Positions 19,782-28,651 of a stretch of DNA of 64,000 nt are shown one piece after another. The position numbers and the translations under genes were made by a program. The notes beneath the pieces are model-generated. The model had not been told where the DNA came from. It did no database searches and saw only the letters and a list, made by a program, of their open reading frames with translations. The stretch comes from Candidatus Nealsonbacteria bacterium (GTDB lineage: Bacteria > Patescibacteriota > Minisyncoccia > Minisyncoccales > JANBVM01), in the NCBI GenBank assembly GCA_026016225.1, contig CP061210.1:2000-65999 (forward strand), read 5' to 3'. The first letter of the stretch is position 1, and each line of letters opens with the position of its first letter.

Positions 19782-19808
19782 TTAGCAAGCGCGACCTTTG
19801 AGTGCTAA
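19782..19808. promoter_or_regulatory. CIRCE-like HrcA operator upstream of groES
   Basis: TTAGCAAGC-N9-GAGTGCTAA versus consensus TTAGCACTC-N9-GAGTGCTAA. The right arm is perfect; the left arm has 2 mismatches. Confidence 0.75.
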
Positions 19809-19819
19809 TTGATATTCTT

Positions 19820-19849
19820 AATATATAAAGAAAGGGTATATAATGTCAA
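19820..19849 (-). promoter_or_regulatory. sigma-70-type promoter of groES-groEL
   Basis: Minus strand TTGACA (19849-19844), a 17-18 nt spacer and an ATATAT/TATATT -10 box, immediately upstream of CIRCE. Confidence 0.5.
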
Positions 19850-20033
19850 GCCCCAACGGTAATGTATACATACTTTTTACACTTTACTATTAAGATAGAG
19901 ATATATAAATTAAAAATGGTCAAGAACAATTCTTGATCAATTTTTTTTAAGTCAATAGGTTTAATGTCGGAAGTTAAACAATTAAGTTAATTTAAAGAAA
20001 AAAATAGGGTAACGAAGATATTCTTCATCCCCT

Positions 20034-21197
20034 TTATTTATTAAATTTAGTTTGCTCTACGGCTTGTAAACCACATATAGAACAAAATTGTTGTCCTATT
20101 AATAGCTCTTCTCCACAGTATTGACAATAGCGACTTTGAGAACCACAAGAACAAGATTCCTCCAGTCCTCCACAGTATTGGCATTCACCTGTTTGCTGTT
20201 GGGAGGTTGATGAAGATGGTAGTGCCGACTGTTTTACAGTTTTGATTTTTTTAAGCTCATCAGCTCTCAGCTCATCAGTTCTCAGTTGGACTATATCCTC
20301 AAACGCCACAGCAAAGGGAATTTCTTCAGGAATTTCTTCTTTCTTAGCTTTTTTCTTAGCTTTCTTAACTTTCGTCTTGAATCTTAGCTTAACCTTCCTT
20401 AGTTTGGTTACGACTACATATAGTACAATAAATAAGGAAATTCCACCTACTAATAGAATACTTATAAGAAATAAATTCGGCTGTTCTTGATTTTGATTTT
20501 CAGTTTGAAAAGTATAACCTTCTCTCATTAAATCTCGCACAGTAGGAGGCGCACCGGTAGACGCAGCAAGCCCCCTAGTGACAAACTTTCCCTTAAAAAT
20601 TTCTTCTGGCACTTCTGTTAGTTCTTGTTCATCTCCATTATTGATATTCACAATATAAGTATAACCGTGTGATAAAATATCGGGATTAAAATCGGAGTAT
20701 GAATAAACACTACGCCAAAAGATAATTTCTTCATTGGAAAACCATGTAAAAACAAGAGAAGAAGGATAATCCCTAATCATTTTGCTTAAACTATAAGCTC
20801 CAGTTCCGTTGGGATTCATTACACATATAGTGCATGGTTGGTCATTGCGTGTTGCTATAAATACTACTTTCTGTTCATCAGGAGACACTAATGGCGCTAC
20901 ATGATGTAAATAATCAATGTCTTCGAAATAACCTTCGGATGCATTAGTTATCTCTGTCCCGTCGGTTCCGCTCGCGTTCGCTATGAACAATCTGTATTTA
21001 ATTCCCCAATATCCAACATTTGTTTCATTACTAAATATAATTTTAGATCTGTCCGAAAGCCAATCGCCATCTTGGATAAAAGTGGGAAGTGTCTTTCTCG
21101 TCGGATTTTCAACATTAACAGCACTAACATTTATATCTATAATACTTATAAATAAAGATAATATTACAATTACTACAAATAGTTTTACGTTTTTCAT
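20034..21197 (-). CDS. single-pass membrane protein: extracellular beta-propeller-like domain, Lys-rich linker, cytoplasmic zinc ribbon
   Basis: 387 aa. Signal peptide; TolB/PD40-like segments (VSPDEQKVVFIATRND, MNPNGTG). TM LFLISILLVGGISLFIVLYVVV. KKAKKKAKK linker. C-terminal CQYCGG...CSCG...CQYCG...CSICG. Confidence 0.6.
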   Translation of the reverse strand: MKNVKLFVVIVILSLFISIIDINVSAVNVENPTRKTLPTFIQDGDWLSDRSKIIFSNETNVGYWGIKYRLFIANASGTDGTEITNASEGYFEDIDYLHHVAPLVSPDEQKVVFIATRNDQPCTICVMNPNGTGAYSLSKMIRDYPSSLVFTWFSNEEIIFWRSVYSYSDFNPDILSHGYTYIVNINNGDEQELTEVPEEIFKGKFVTRGLAASTGAPPTVRDLMREGYTFQTENQNQEQPNLFLISILLVGGISLFIVLYVVVTKLRKVKLRFKTKVKKAKKKAKKEEIPEEIPFAVAFEDIVQLRTDELRADELKKIKTVKQSALPSSSTSQQQTGECQYCGGLEESCSCGSQSRYCQYCGEELLIGQQFCSICGLQAVEQTKFNK

Positions 21198-21379
21198 TAC
21201 TTACACCTCTTCAATTGTAAAAGTTTCTTTTATAATTAAATCAATAAAATCTTAATTTGTCAACAAACATTCTCAAAAAACTTCAAATTCTTAATTTCTG
21301 TTCCAAAGCTCCAAGAGAATAAAAAAAAGGTTAAATTTAAGATTTAACCTTACCCTAAAAAAGGGGATTTTTAGATTTT

Positions 21380-23932
21380 TTAATGTTTTTGTCTTCTTTT
21401 CAGAAAAATGATAATAGCTGCCACGCCTGCTGCTCCAATCAGAGAAATCAATAGAATTATTATGCCTATACCTACTTCACCTACTTCAACCGTAACCCAT
21501 ACTATGTCAGAAACCATGTTACCAAAGGCATCTGTAACTACAATTGTGTAGTTGTAAGAACCTACGGCTAATCCATCTACATTGATTGTTACGGCCATAC
21601 CTGATTCCCAGGTACCTGATTCAATTTCTGAACCATTTTTGTATATCTTGTAGGTACCAGGATTTAAGTCTGTAGCTATCCAGGAGATGTTATATCCTGT
21701 TGCTCCCTCTTCGTAAGTAACATCATCAGGACTGGTAAGGACAGGAGAAACTGTGTCTTCAACCGTAACCCATACTGTATCAGAAGCTGCGTTATCAAAG
21801 GCATCTGTAACTACAATTGTGTAGTTGTAAGAACCTACGGCTAATCCATCTACATTGATTGTTACGGCCATACCTGATTCCCAGGTACCTGATTCAATTT
21901 CTGAACCATTTTTGTATATCTTGTAGGTACCAGGATTTAAGTCTGTAGCTATCCAGGAGATGTTATATCCTGTTGCTCCCTCTTCGTAGATAACGTCTTG
22001 AGGGCTATCTAAGATTGGGTTCGTGACATCATCTTGGACACTGATTTCTTTAGAGTAAACAGACATATCTCCGTCAGCATCTGTTACCGTCAGTACCACC
22101 AGGTGTATTCCAACTGAATTATACTTATGGATAGGATTTTGAATAGTAGAATTTTCTGAACCGTCTCCAAAGTTCCACTGATAGGTTAAGGGAATGCTTC
22201 CGCCTGTGGTGCTATCTGTAAATTGCACAGTCTGACCCACTGTAATAACCGTACTATTAATATCAAATGATGCTACCGGAAAAAAAATGTAAATATTATC
22301 GTGTATGTTATTATTATCTCCTTGGTCCTCTATCCCAACAGTATTTTTTATCAAAAAATTGTTGGAAACCTCATTGTTATCGGAGTAATCAAGATAAATA
22401 CCATACCTATTTCTCGTACAAGTGTTCCCCGTAATAGTACCGTAGTAGGAATAGTAGAGATAGATACCATAATCATAGATACCATAATCATTGTTTATGC
22501 AGTTGTTCCTAGTTATGGTGTTGTTGTTGGAGTAGCAGAGATAGATGCCGCTATCATCATTGTCTGTACAGTTATTCTCTATTATAGTGTTGCTGTCGGA
22601 GTAGTGGCCGAGACAAATACCATATTCATTTCTCGTGCAGTTGTTTCCGGTTATAGTGTTGTAGTTGGACAAATGGATATGGATACCATCGTAATAATTA
22701 TCTGTACAGTTGTTCCCAATTATGGTGTTGTTGTGGGAGGAAGAGGAGAGATGGATACCATATTCATTTCTCGTACAGTTATTTCCGGTTATAGTGTTGC
22801 TATAGGAGGAGTAATTGTAGAGATAGATACCGTATCTATTTCCCGTGCAGTTGTTCCTAATTATGGTGTTGTGGTTGGAGGAGTCGAGATAGATACCATT
22901 GTAATCGTTGCCCGTGCAGTTATTCCCAATTATGGTGTTGCTGTTGGAGGAGGAGAGACGGATACCATTGTGATTATTATCTGTACAGTTGTTCCCGATT
23001 ATGGTGTTGTGGTTGGAAAAATAGAAGAGATAGATACCCCGTTCATTTCTCGTGCAGTTATTTCCGGTTATGGTGTTGCTGTTGGAGGAGGAGAGACGGA
23101 TACCGTGGTAATAATTGTCTGTACAGTTGTTCCCGGTTATGGTATTGCTGTCGGAGAAGTCGAGACGGATACCCCGTTTATTTCTCGTACAAGTGTTCCC
23201 AGTTATAGTATTGTTGGAGCAGAAGTCGAAATAGATACCATTGTAATCATTGCCCGTGCAGTTGTTTCCAGTAATAGTGTTGTAGTTGGAGAAGTCGAGC
23301 CAGATGCCACCTTCATTTCTCGTGCAGTTGTTCCCGGTTATGTTATTGTTGTCGGAGTCGTAGAAACAGATACCATACCCATTTCTCGTGCAGTTGTTCC
23401 CGGTTATGGTATTGTTGTTTGAGGAGAGGAAATAGATACCCCAGTGATAATTGTCTGTGCAGTTATTCCCGGTTATGGTGTTGCTATTGGAGTAGTAGAG
23501 CCAGATACCATCGTAATAATTATCTGTGCAGTCATTATTGATTATCTTTCCATTTGTCACATAGCTCAGTTGAATTCCCGTTCCACTAGAGTTATAAACT
23601 GTACAGTTTTCAATTAGGAAATATTCTTCTGTGTTTTCAATGAAAATGCAGCTATCTGATTGGTTTGCGTCTATAATTAAATTTTTAATTACATATGGGT
23701 CCTCGTAGGTGCCCGAGCCTGTACACCAGTCATAAGTAGCGGCTGTCTCTGTCCAGTTGTCGTCTACGTGAACCTTAAAGTCAGTATCAATAGCAGCAGC
23801 AATAATTTCCACCTTCAAATTTCCTCTCTGAGATTCTCCGTTTTGTCCCAGGAAAAGAACGTTTGTTAGACCAAATAAGAAAAGAAGAGTAAAGATTCCA
23901 ATCGTCTTTGTTATTGTTTTCAATCTTATCAA
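21380..23932 (-). CDS. large surface protein: ~20 parallel beta-helix (NosD/CASH-like) repeats, PKD domain, two Ig-like repeats, C-terminal TM anchor
   Basis: 850 aa. Repeats of ~22-23 aa (NTITGNNCTxNxxxGIxL). PKD signature QWNFGDGSENS...HKYNSVGIHLVVLTVTDADGD. Duplicated 91-aa module. Tail IGIIILLISLIGAAGVAAIIIFLKRRQKH. Confidence 0.8.
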   Translation of the reverse strand: MIRLKTITKTIGIFTLLFLFGLTNVLFLGQNGESQRGNLKVEIIAAAIDTDFKVHVDDNWTETAATYDWCTGSGTYEDPYVIKNLIIDANQSDSCIFIENTEEYFLIENCTVYNSSGTGIQLSYVTNGKIINNDCTDNYYDGIWLYYSNSNTITGNNCTDNYHWGIYFLSSNNNTITGNNCTRNGYGICFYDSDNNNITGNNCTRNEGGIWLDFSNYNTITGNNCTGNDYNGIYFDFCSNNTITGNTCTRNKRGIRLDFSDSNTITGNNCTDNYYHGIRLSSSNSNTITGNNCTRNERGIYLFYFSNHNTIIGNNCTDNNHNGIRLSSSNSNTIIGNNCTGNDYNGIYLDSSNHNTIIRNNCTGNRYGIYLYNYSSYSNTITGNNCTRNEYGIHLSSSSHNNTIIGNNCTDNYYDGIHIHLSNYNTITGNNCTRNEYGICLGHYSDSNTIIENNCTDNDDSGIYLCYSNNNTITRNNCINNDYGIYDYGIYLYYSYYGTITGNTCTRNRYGIYLDYSDNNEVSNNFLIKNTVGIEDQGDNNNIHDNIYIFFPVASFDINSTVITVGQTVQFTDSTTGGSIPLTYQWNFGDGSENSTIQNPIHKYNSVGIHLVVLTVTDADGDMSVYSKEISVQDDVTNPILDSPQDVIYEEGATGYNISWIATDLNPGTYKIYKNGSEIESGTWESGMAVTINVDGLAVGSYNYTIVVTDAFDNAASDTVWVTVEDTVSPVLTSPDDVTYEEGATGYNISWIATDLNPGTYKIYKNGSEIESGTWESGMAVTINVDGLAVGSYNYTIVVTDAFGNMVSDIVWVTVEVGEVGIGIIILLISLIGAAGVAAIIIFLKRRQKH
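21487..22032. repeat. tandem duplication, 2 x 273 nt, inside the 850-aa gene
   Basis: 21524-21715 is identical base for base to 21797-21988 (192 nt, checked by eye). The flanks have diverged. Confidence 0.9.
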
Positions 23933-24109
23933 CTCTTATTTATTTTTAAAAGAGATATTTTATTTTAAAATATCTACTTACCTGATACCACAACAAGAGA
24001 GCCTTGTCAAATTTATGGGACTGTCCCTCTCCTGATTTCAAAAAAAATAAGCCAACTCTGAATTACCAAATATGGCAATTTGAGTCGGCTTTAGATAGAT
24101 AAAAAATTA

Positions 24110-24439
24110 TTAATAGATATACTCTTCGGCGAAAACAACGATTATTTCTATGGGCAACTCCCTTATGCGGCTAGTGAGAATACTTGTTTCGGTTTCATTG
24201 AAGGAAAATTCTTTTTTTTCTCCCTTCGTTCTTTTCACTACTCTGTAAAACTTCAGTACAATCTTCTTATAAAAAAAAGTTAAGTCTTTAGTTAAGTCCT
24301 TATTAGTTAAGTCTTTAGTTAAGTCCTTATTAGTTAAGTCCTTAAGTATTTCTTCAATCTCTTTTGATATTTCTATCAGTTTCTTATCGTCCGGATTCTG
24401 AGGTATAAGATACTTTACCCGAAAAAAATCTTCTTCCAA
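24110..24439 (-). CDS. hypothetical protein with KDLTNKDLT tandem repeat
   Basis: 109-aa ORF with no recognisable domain. Contains the 27-nt DNA repeat. Confidence 0.4.
   Translation of the reverse strand: MEEDFFRVKYLIPQNPDDKKLIEISKEIEEILKDLTNKDLTKDLTNKDLTKDLTFFYKKIVLKFYRVVKRTKGEKKEFSFNETETSILTSRIRELPIEIIVVFAEEYIY
24278..24346. repeat. 27-nt tandem repeat, ~2.5 copies
   Basis: AGTTAAGTCTTTAGTTAAGTCCTTATT x2 plus a partial copy. Itself built from AGTTAAGTC(T/C)TT sub-units. Confidence 0.9.
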
Positions 24440-24521
24440 GTTTGAAATGTTCTATCACCTCCTAATCTATTCTCTCCAATTTTTGAAATTTGTCAAGCCA
24501 AATGAGACAAAGAGACTTGCT

Positions 24522-24566
24522 CTTAATTACGAAGTAATTACAATGAGCGAAGCGACTGGTTTGCTA
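24522..24566 (-). repeat. GCGAAGC-hairpin repeat family, copy C
   Basis: Plus strand: CTTAATTACGAAGTAATTACAATGAGCGAAGCGACTGGTTTGCTA. Confidence 0.6.
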
Positions 24567-24600
24567 AGTTAATTATTTTCTGGTATTATTCTTAAATAAT

Positions 24601-24981
24601 ATGAAACGGCTATTCTGGCATATTGCTGCTGGAATCCTGGCAATATTCCTGGCAACAAAATTTATTTCCGGGGTGAGTTTAGAAGTTATTTCCGATAGAA
24701 GTATTTACTTTGGAATAGAATTTAACCAGGGATGGAAATTATTGCTTTTGGTAGGAGGCATCTTAGGGCTCATTAATTTTTTTATTAAACCAATTTTAGA
24801 TAAAATTACCTTACCATTAAAGATTTTAACCCTGGGTTTGTTTTCCTTAATACTTAACATGGCATTTATTTGGCTTTTGGATATTCTCTTTGAAGAATTT
24901 GAGATTTTAGGTATTACTCCTTTGTTTCTTACAACGGTAATTGTCTGGATAGTAAACTTTTTTTTGGGACTTAAAAGATGA
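24601..24981 (+). CDS. holin-superfamily-IV-like (DUF360/YvlD) membrane protein
   Basis: 126 aa, 4 TM. GGILGLINFFIKPILDKITLPLKILTLGLFSLILN is typical of the Phage_holin_4_2 family. Confidence 0.6.
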   Translation: MKRLFWHIAAGILAIFLATKFISGVSLEVISDRSIYFGIEFNQGWKLLLLVGGILGLINFFIKPILDKITLPLKILTLGLFSLILNMAFIWLLDILFEEFEILGITPLFLTTVIVWIVNFFLGLKR

Positions 24982-25193
24982 AAGAATATTTATTCATCGC
25001 ACAAATCGTAGTAAGTATAATCTTGGCTATATTAATTCTCTTACAACAAAGAGGAAGTTCTTTGGGTTCTGCTTTTGGAGGAATGGGTGAATTTTATGCC
25101 GCAAGACGTGGTATGGAGAAAAAGATATTTTGGGCAACGGTTGTATTCGGAGCCCTTTTTATAGCTTTAGCCCTACTCAACCTTCTCATCTAA
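24978..25193 (+). CDS. secG: preprotein translocase subunit SecG
   Basis: 71 aa, 2 TM. LLQQRGSSLGSAFGG motif. Confidence 0.8.
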   Translation: MKEYLFIAQIVVSIILAILILLQQRGSSLGSAFGGMGEFYAARRGMEKKIFWATVVFGALFIALALLNLLI

Positions 25194-25199
25194 TTTCTT

Positions 25200-27197
25200 A
25201 TGTATTATCGGTGGCCTTCAAAAAAACAATGGCGACAATTTTTAAAAGTTCTAAGTAAAAAAGAAAGGTTTTCTTTTTTTATCCTCCTTATCTTATTTGT
25301 CGGTTCTCTTTCTTTCCTTTTAATTGATTTTTACCTTGAAAGAACAAAAATAATACCCGCTGAAAGCGGAGTATATATTGAAGGAGTAATAGGTTCTCCA
25401 AGATTTATCAATCCCCTTTATGCTGCAGCTTCAGATGTTGACAGAGATTTAACAGAGCTTATTTTTTCCGGTTTAATGAAATATGACTCTGAGGGCAACA
25501 TACAGACAGATTTGGCAAAAGAGTATAAGATTCTTGAAAATGGAAGGATTTATGAATTTAATCTTAAAGAAAATGTAGTCTGGCAGGACTCGGAACCTCT
25601 AACGGCAGATGATATAATCTTTACTATTGAAGCAATCCAAAATTCAGAAGTTAAAAGCCCGTTAAGAGCTATGTGGCTGGGGGTAACAGTGGAGAAGATA
25701 TCTGCTCTTAGTTTGCGTTTTGAATTAAAAAATAAATCCTCTGTTTTTTTAGAAAATTGCACTTTAAAAATAATGCCAAAACATATTTGGGAAAAAATTC
25801 TTCCTAAAAACTTTCTACTATCTCAAGCCAACCTTACGCCTATAGGTACAGGACCATATAGATTAGAAAGTTTATCAAAAGACATTGGTGGAAGAATAAT
25901 TTCTCTGGATTTAGTTAAAAACCCTTTCTACTTTTCCAAACTTCCCTATCTTTCTAAAATCTCTTTTCGATTTTTTGAATCAAAGGAAAGCGAAGAAGCA
26001 GAAAGACAATTAATAGCCTCTTATCAAAAAGGGGAAATTGATGGTTTTTCTCTAAATTCACTTAAAAGTCTTCCAGAGAAGGGTAATGTTTATAATTTTA
26101 CTATTCCAAGATATTTCACTGTCTTTTTTAATCCAGAAGAATCTAAAGCTCTCTCAGATAAAAAAGTAAGATTAGCCTTAAATCATGGAACAAATAAAGA
26201 AGAGATTCTAAACAATGTGCTTTCCGGCCAAGGAAAGATTGTTCACTCTCCAATTATACCTGATGTTTATGGTTTAAAGGAGCCATCTAATATTTATGAA
26301 TATGACATAGAAAAAGCAAACGATATATTAGAAAAAGCTGGATATCTAAAAAAAGAAAATGGTCTTAGAGAAAAGATTATAAAGAAAAGCCCAGCTTTCA
26401 CTTTCAAAAGTAATCTTTCTGTAGGCTCAAGAGGAACAGAAGTAACGGAGCTACAAAAATGTTTAGCTAATCCGCCAGCTGGCGGAGCTGACATTTATCC
26501 TGAGGGAAAGATTACCGGATATTTTGGGTCAAAAACAAAAGCTGCCGTAATTAGGTTTCAGGAAAAATATAGTAAAGATATTTTAGAACCTTTTGGTTTA
26601 ACAAAAGGAACAGGTGAAGTTAAAGGAAAAACAAGAGAAAAGCTAAACGCGGTTTGCTTTGAAAGAGGTGAAGAAATAATCCCTTTAAGATTTAAGCTCT
26701 TTACGGTTGATGAACCCCTTCTTAAAGAAACAGCTAAAGTTCTTAAAAATCAATGGAGTCAGTTAGGGGTTGAGGTTGAAATTGAGACATTTAATATTAC
26801 TACGGTAGAAGGAGATACAATTATCAGAAAAAGAGAATATGAAATTCTTTTGTTCGGTGAGGCATTGGGTTCAATTCCAGACCCTTTTCCCTTCTGGCAC
26901 TCTTCTCAAATAGGAGAACTCGGCTTGAATCTTGCTAATTACAAGAATAAGGACTCTGACAAATTATTAGAAGATAATCGAGAATCCTTAGATGAGATTG
27001 AAAGAAAAGAAAAATTAGAAGAATTTCAAGATATTCTTATTGAAGATTGTGCGGTAATATTTCTATACAATCCTGACTATCGTTATTTTGTTTCAGAAAA
27101 AATCAAGGGAATAAACGCAAAAATAATTATTGACCCCTCAAAAAGATTTGCTGAAGTAGGAGAGTGGTATGTTAAAACAAAAAGAGTATGGGAATAG
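25200..27197 (+). CDS. family-5 (peptide/nickel-type) ABC substrate-binding protein with an inserted peptidoglycan-binding-like domain
   Basis: 665 aa. N-terminal TM anchor and an SBP_bac_5-like body. Insert GSRGTEVTELQKCL...ITGYFGSKTKAAVIRFQEKY resembles PG_binding_1. Confidence 0.65.
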   Translation: MYYRWPSKKQWRQFLKVLSKKERFSFFILLILFVGSLSFLLIDFYLERTKIIPAESGVYIEGVIGSPRFINPLYAAASDVDRDLTELIFSGLMKYDSEGNIQTDLAKEYKILENGRIYEFNLKENVVWQDSEPLTADDIIFTIEAIQNSEVKSPLRAMWLGVTVEKISALSLRFELKNKSSVFLENCTLKIMPKHIWEKILPKNFLLSQANLTPIGTGPYRLESLSKDIGGRIISLDLVKNPFYFSKLPYLSKISFRFFESKESEEAERQLIASYQKGEIDGFSLNSLKSLPEKGNVYNFTIPRYFTVFFNPEESKALSDKKVRLALNHGTNKEEILNNVLSGQGKIVHSPIIPDVYGLKEPSNIYEYDIEKANDILEKAGYLKKENGLREKIIKKSPAFTFKSNLSVGSRGTEVTELQKCLANPPAGGADIYPEGKITGYFGSKTKAAVIRFQEKYSKDILEPFGLTKGTGEVKGKTREKLNAVCFERGEEIIPLRFKLFTVDEPLLKETAKVLKNQWSQLGVEVEIETFNITTVEGDTIIRKREYEILLFGEALGSIPDPFPFWHSSQIGELGLNLANYKNKDSDKLLEDNRESLDEIERKEKLEEFQDILIEDCAVIFLYNPDYRYFVSEKIKGINAKIIIDPSKRFAEVGEWYVKTKRVWE

Positions 27198-27215
27198 CCA
27201 TATAAAACTTAAAAT

Positions 27216-27818
27216 ATGAAGTGTGGAAGAAAAAAAAAGAAAATAAAGGATGTAAAACCGGATGTTCGACGTTTATACGACATGAAAAAAGTTATCTATG
27301 ACAAAGAGTGGTTAAAAACAGCCCCTAATTTTAAGCTTTATTATATGTATCGAGGAGTAAAAGAAAAAGATGGTCTTAAACACAATATCACAATAATACC
27401 CCCGAGAATGCTGGGGAAAGAATTTGTAAAAACCAAAGGGCACTATCATATAGGAAAATACGGAGAACTATATATTGTTCTCAAAGGAAAAGCTATTTAT
27501 TTATTGCAGAAAGAAAAAAATGGAAAGATTGAAAACGTTTATTATGTAAAAGCTAAAAAAGGAGACTACATTATAGTTCCCCCTGATTACGGGCATATAA
27601 CAATTAATCCTTCTTTAGAAGAACTGAAAATGGCAGATTGGTCTTCAAAAAAGTGTAAATCTGATTATAAGCCAATTGAGAGAAAAAAAGGGGGATGTTA
27701 TTATTATACAAAGTCAGGTTGGGTTAAAAATAAAAATTATAAAAAGGTTCCCAAATTGAAATTCAAAAAACCAAAAAAAACATTTCCTAAAAATTTAAGT
27801 TTTCTCTGTGGGGTATGA
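27216..27818 (+). CDS. cupin-type (archaeal-type) glucose-6-phosphate isomerase
   Basis: 200 aa. VRRLYDM, GKEFVKTKGHYH and IIVPPDYGHITIN align with the Pyrococcus cupin PGI motifs VRRLSDM, GKEFFFTKGHFH and VYVPPYWAHRTVN (from memory). Confidence 0.8.
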   Translation: MKCGRKKKKIKDVKPDVRRLYDMKKVIYDKEWLKTAPNFKLYYMYRGVKEKDGLKHNITIIPPRMLGKEFVKTKGHYHIGKYGELYIVLKGKAIYLLQKEKNGKIENVYYVKAKKGDYIIVPPDYGHITINPSLEELKMADWSSKKCKSDYKPIERKKGGCYYYTKSGWVKNKNYKKVPKLKFKKPKKTFPKNLSFLCGV

Positions 27819-28651
27819 CTATGAAAATTAGAAAAGCAGTAATCCCAATAGCGGGTTTGGGAACAAGATTTTTACCTCTATCAAAAATTATTCCAAAAGA
27901 ATTTTTCCCTTTAGGAACAAAACCCGTCGTTCAATATGTTGTTGAAGAAGCTTTAAAAGCAGGTGTTAGAGAAATTATTTTTGTTATCTCTCCTAAAAAA
28001 GAAGATATTTTCAAAAATTACATCCTGAAATATTTTAAACAAGAAAAAAACCTCTTGAAAATCCTAAGAAGGAGAAGAAAGAAAAAAGCAATAAAAGCTT
28101 TAGGAGAAATTCCAAAAATAAAATATAAATATATATTTCAGAAAAAACCATTAGGAGATGGCGATGCAATTTTAAGAACGGAAAGATTGGTTGGAAAGGA
28201 GCCCTTTCTGGTTCTTTTTGGAGACGATATTTCCTGGGGAGAAGAAGGAATGCCAAGTCAACTTGTAAAAACGTTTGAAAAAATCAAAAAACCACTTCTT
28301 TGTCTTTACAAAATGCCAAGAGAAAAATTATCTTCTTATGGAGTACCAAAAGTTCAAAAAATTAAAGGAAGATTATATAAAATCAAGGATTTAATTGAAA
28401 AACCCAAAGAAAATCCTCCTTCAAACTTTGCTTTAGTTGGAAATTATGTTCTAACGCCGGATATATTTTCTTATCTCAAAAAAACAACTCCCCAAAACGA
28501 AGAAATTATTTTAGCTAATGCCTTAAAACAAATGATTAAAGAAGGAAAAGAAATATTCGGACTTTGGGTTAAAGGAAAGTGGCTGGAATGTGGAGATAAA
28601 GAAAAATGGATAAAAAGCTTTATATTCCTAACAAAATCAAGTAAAAAATGA
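27815..28651 (+). CDS. galU: UTP--glucose-1-phosphate uridylyltransferase
   Basis: 278 aa. KAVIPIAGLGTRFLPLSKIIPKEFFPL; 4-nt overlaps with both neighbours. Confidence 0.85.
   Translation: MTMKIRKAVIPIAGLGTRFLPLSKIIPKEFFPLGTKPVVQYVVEEALKAGVREIIFVISPKKEDIFKNYILKYFKQEKNLLKILRRRRKKKAIKALGEIPKIKYKYIFQKKPLGDGDAILRTERLVGKEPFLVLFGDDISWGEEGMPSQLVKTFEKIKKPLLCLYKMPREKLSSYGVPKVQKIKGRLYKIKDLIEKPKENPPSNFALVGNYVLTPDIFSYLKKTTPQNEEIILANALKQMIKEGKEIFGLWVKGKWLECGDKEKWIKSFIFLTKSSKK

Noticed and set aside
22301-23422. 373-aa plus-strand ORF antisense to the beta-helix repeat region
   Set aside because: It lies entirely within the 850-aa minus-strand gene. Its periodic V/G/I-rich sequence is the mirror image of the 66-69-nt coding repeats, and it has no independent start context. 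It is an artefact of repeat periodicity.
22300-23500. Regular ~66-69-nt periodicity that could suggest a CRISPR array
   Set aside because: The repeats are imperfect and contiguous, with no unique spacers. They translate in frame into a beta-helix repeat protein, so this is not a CRISPR array.
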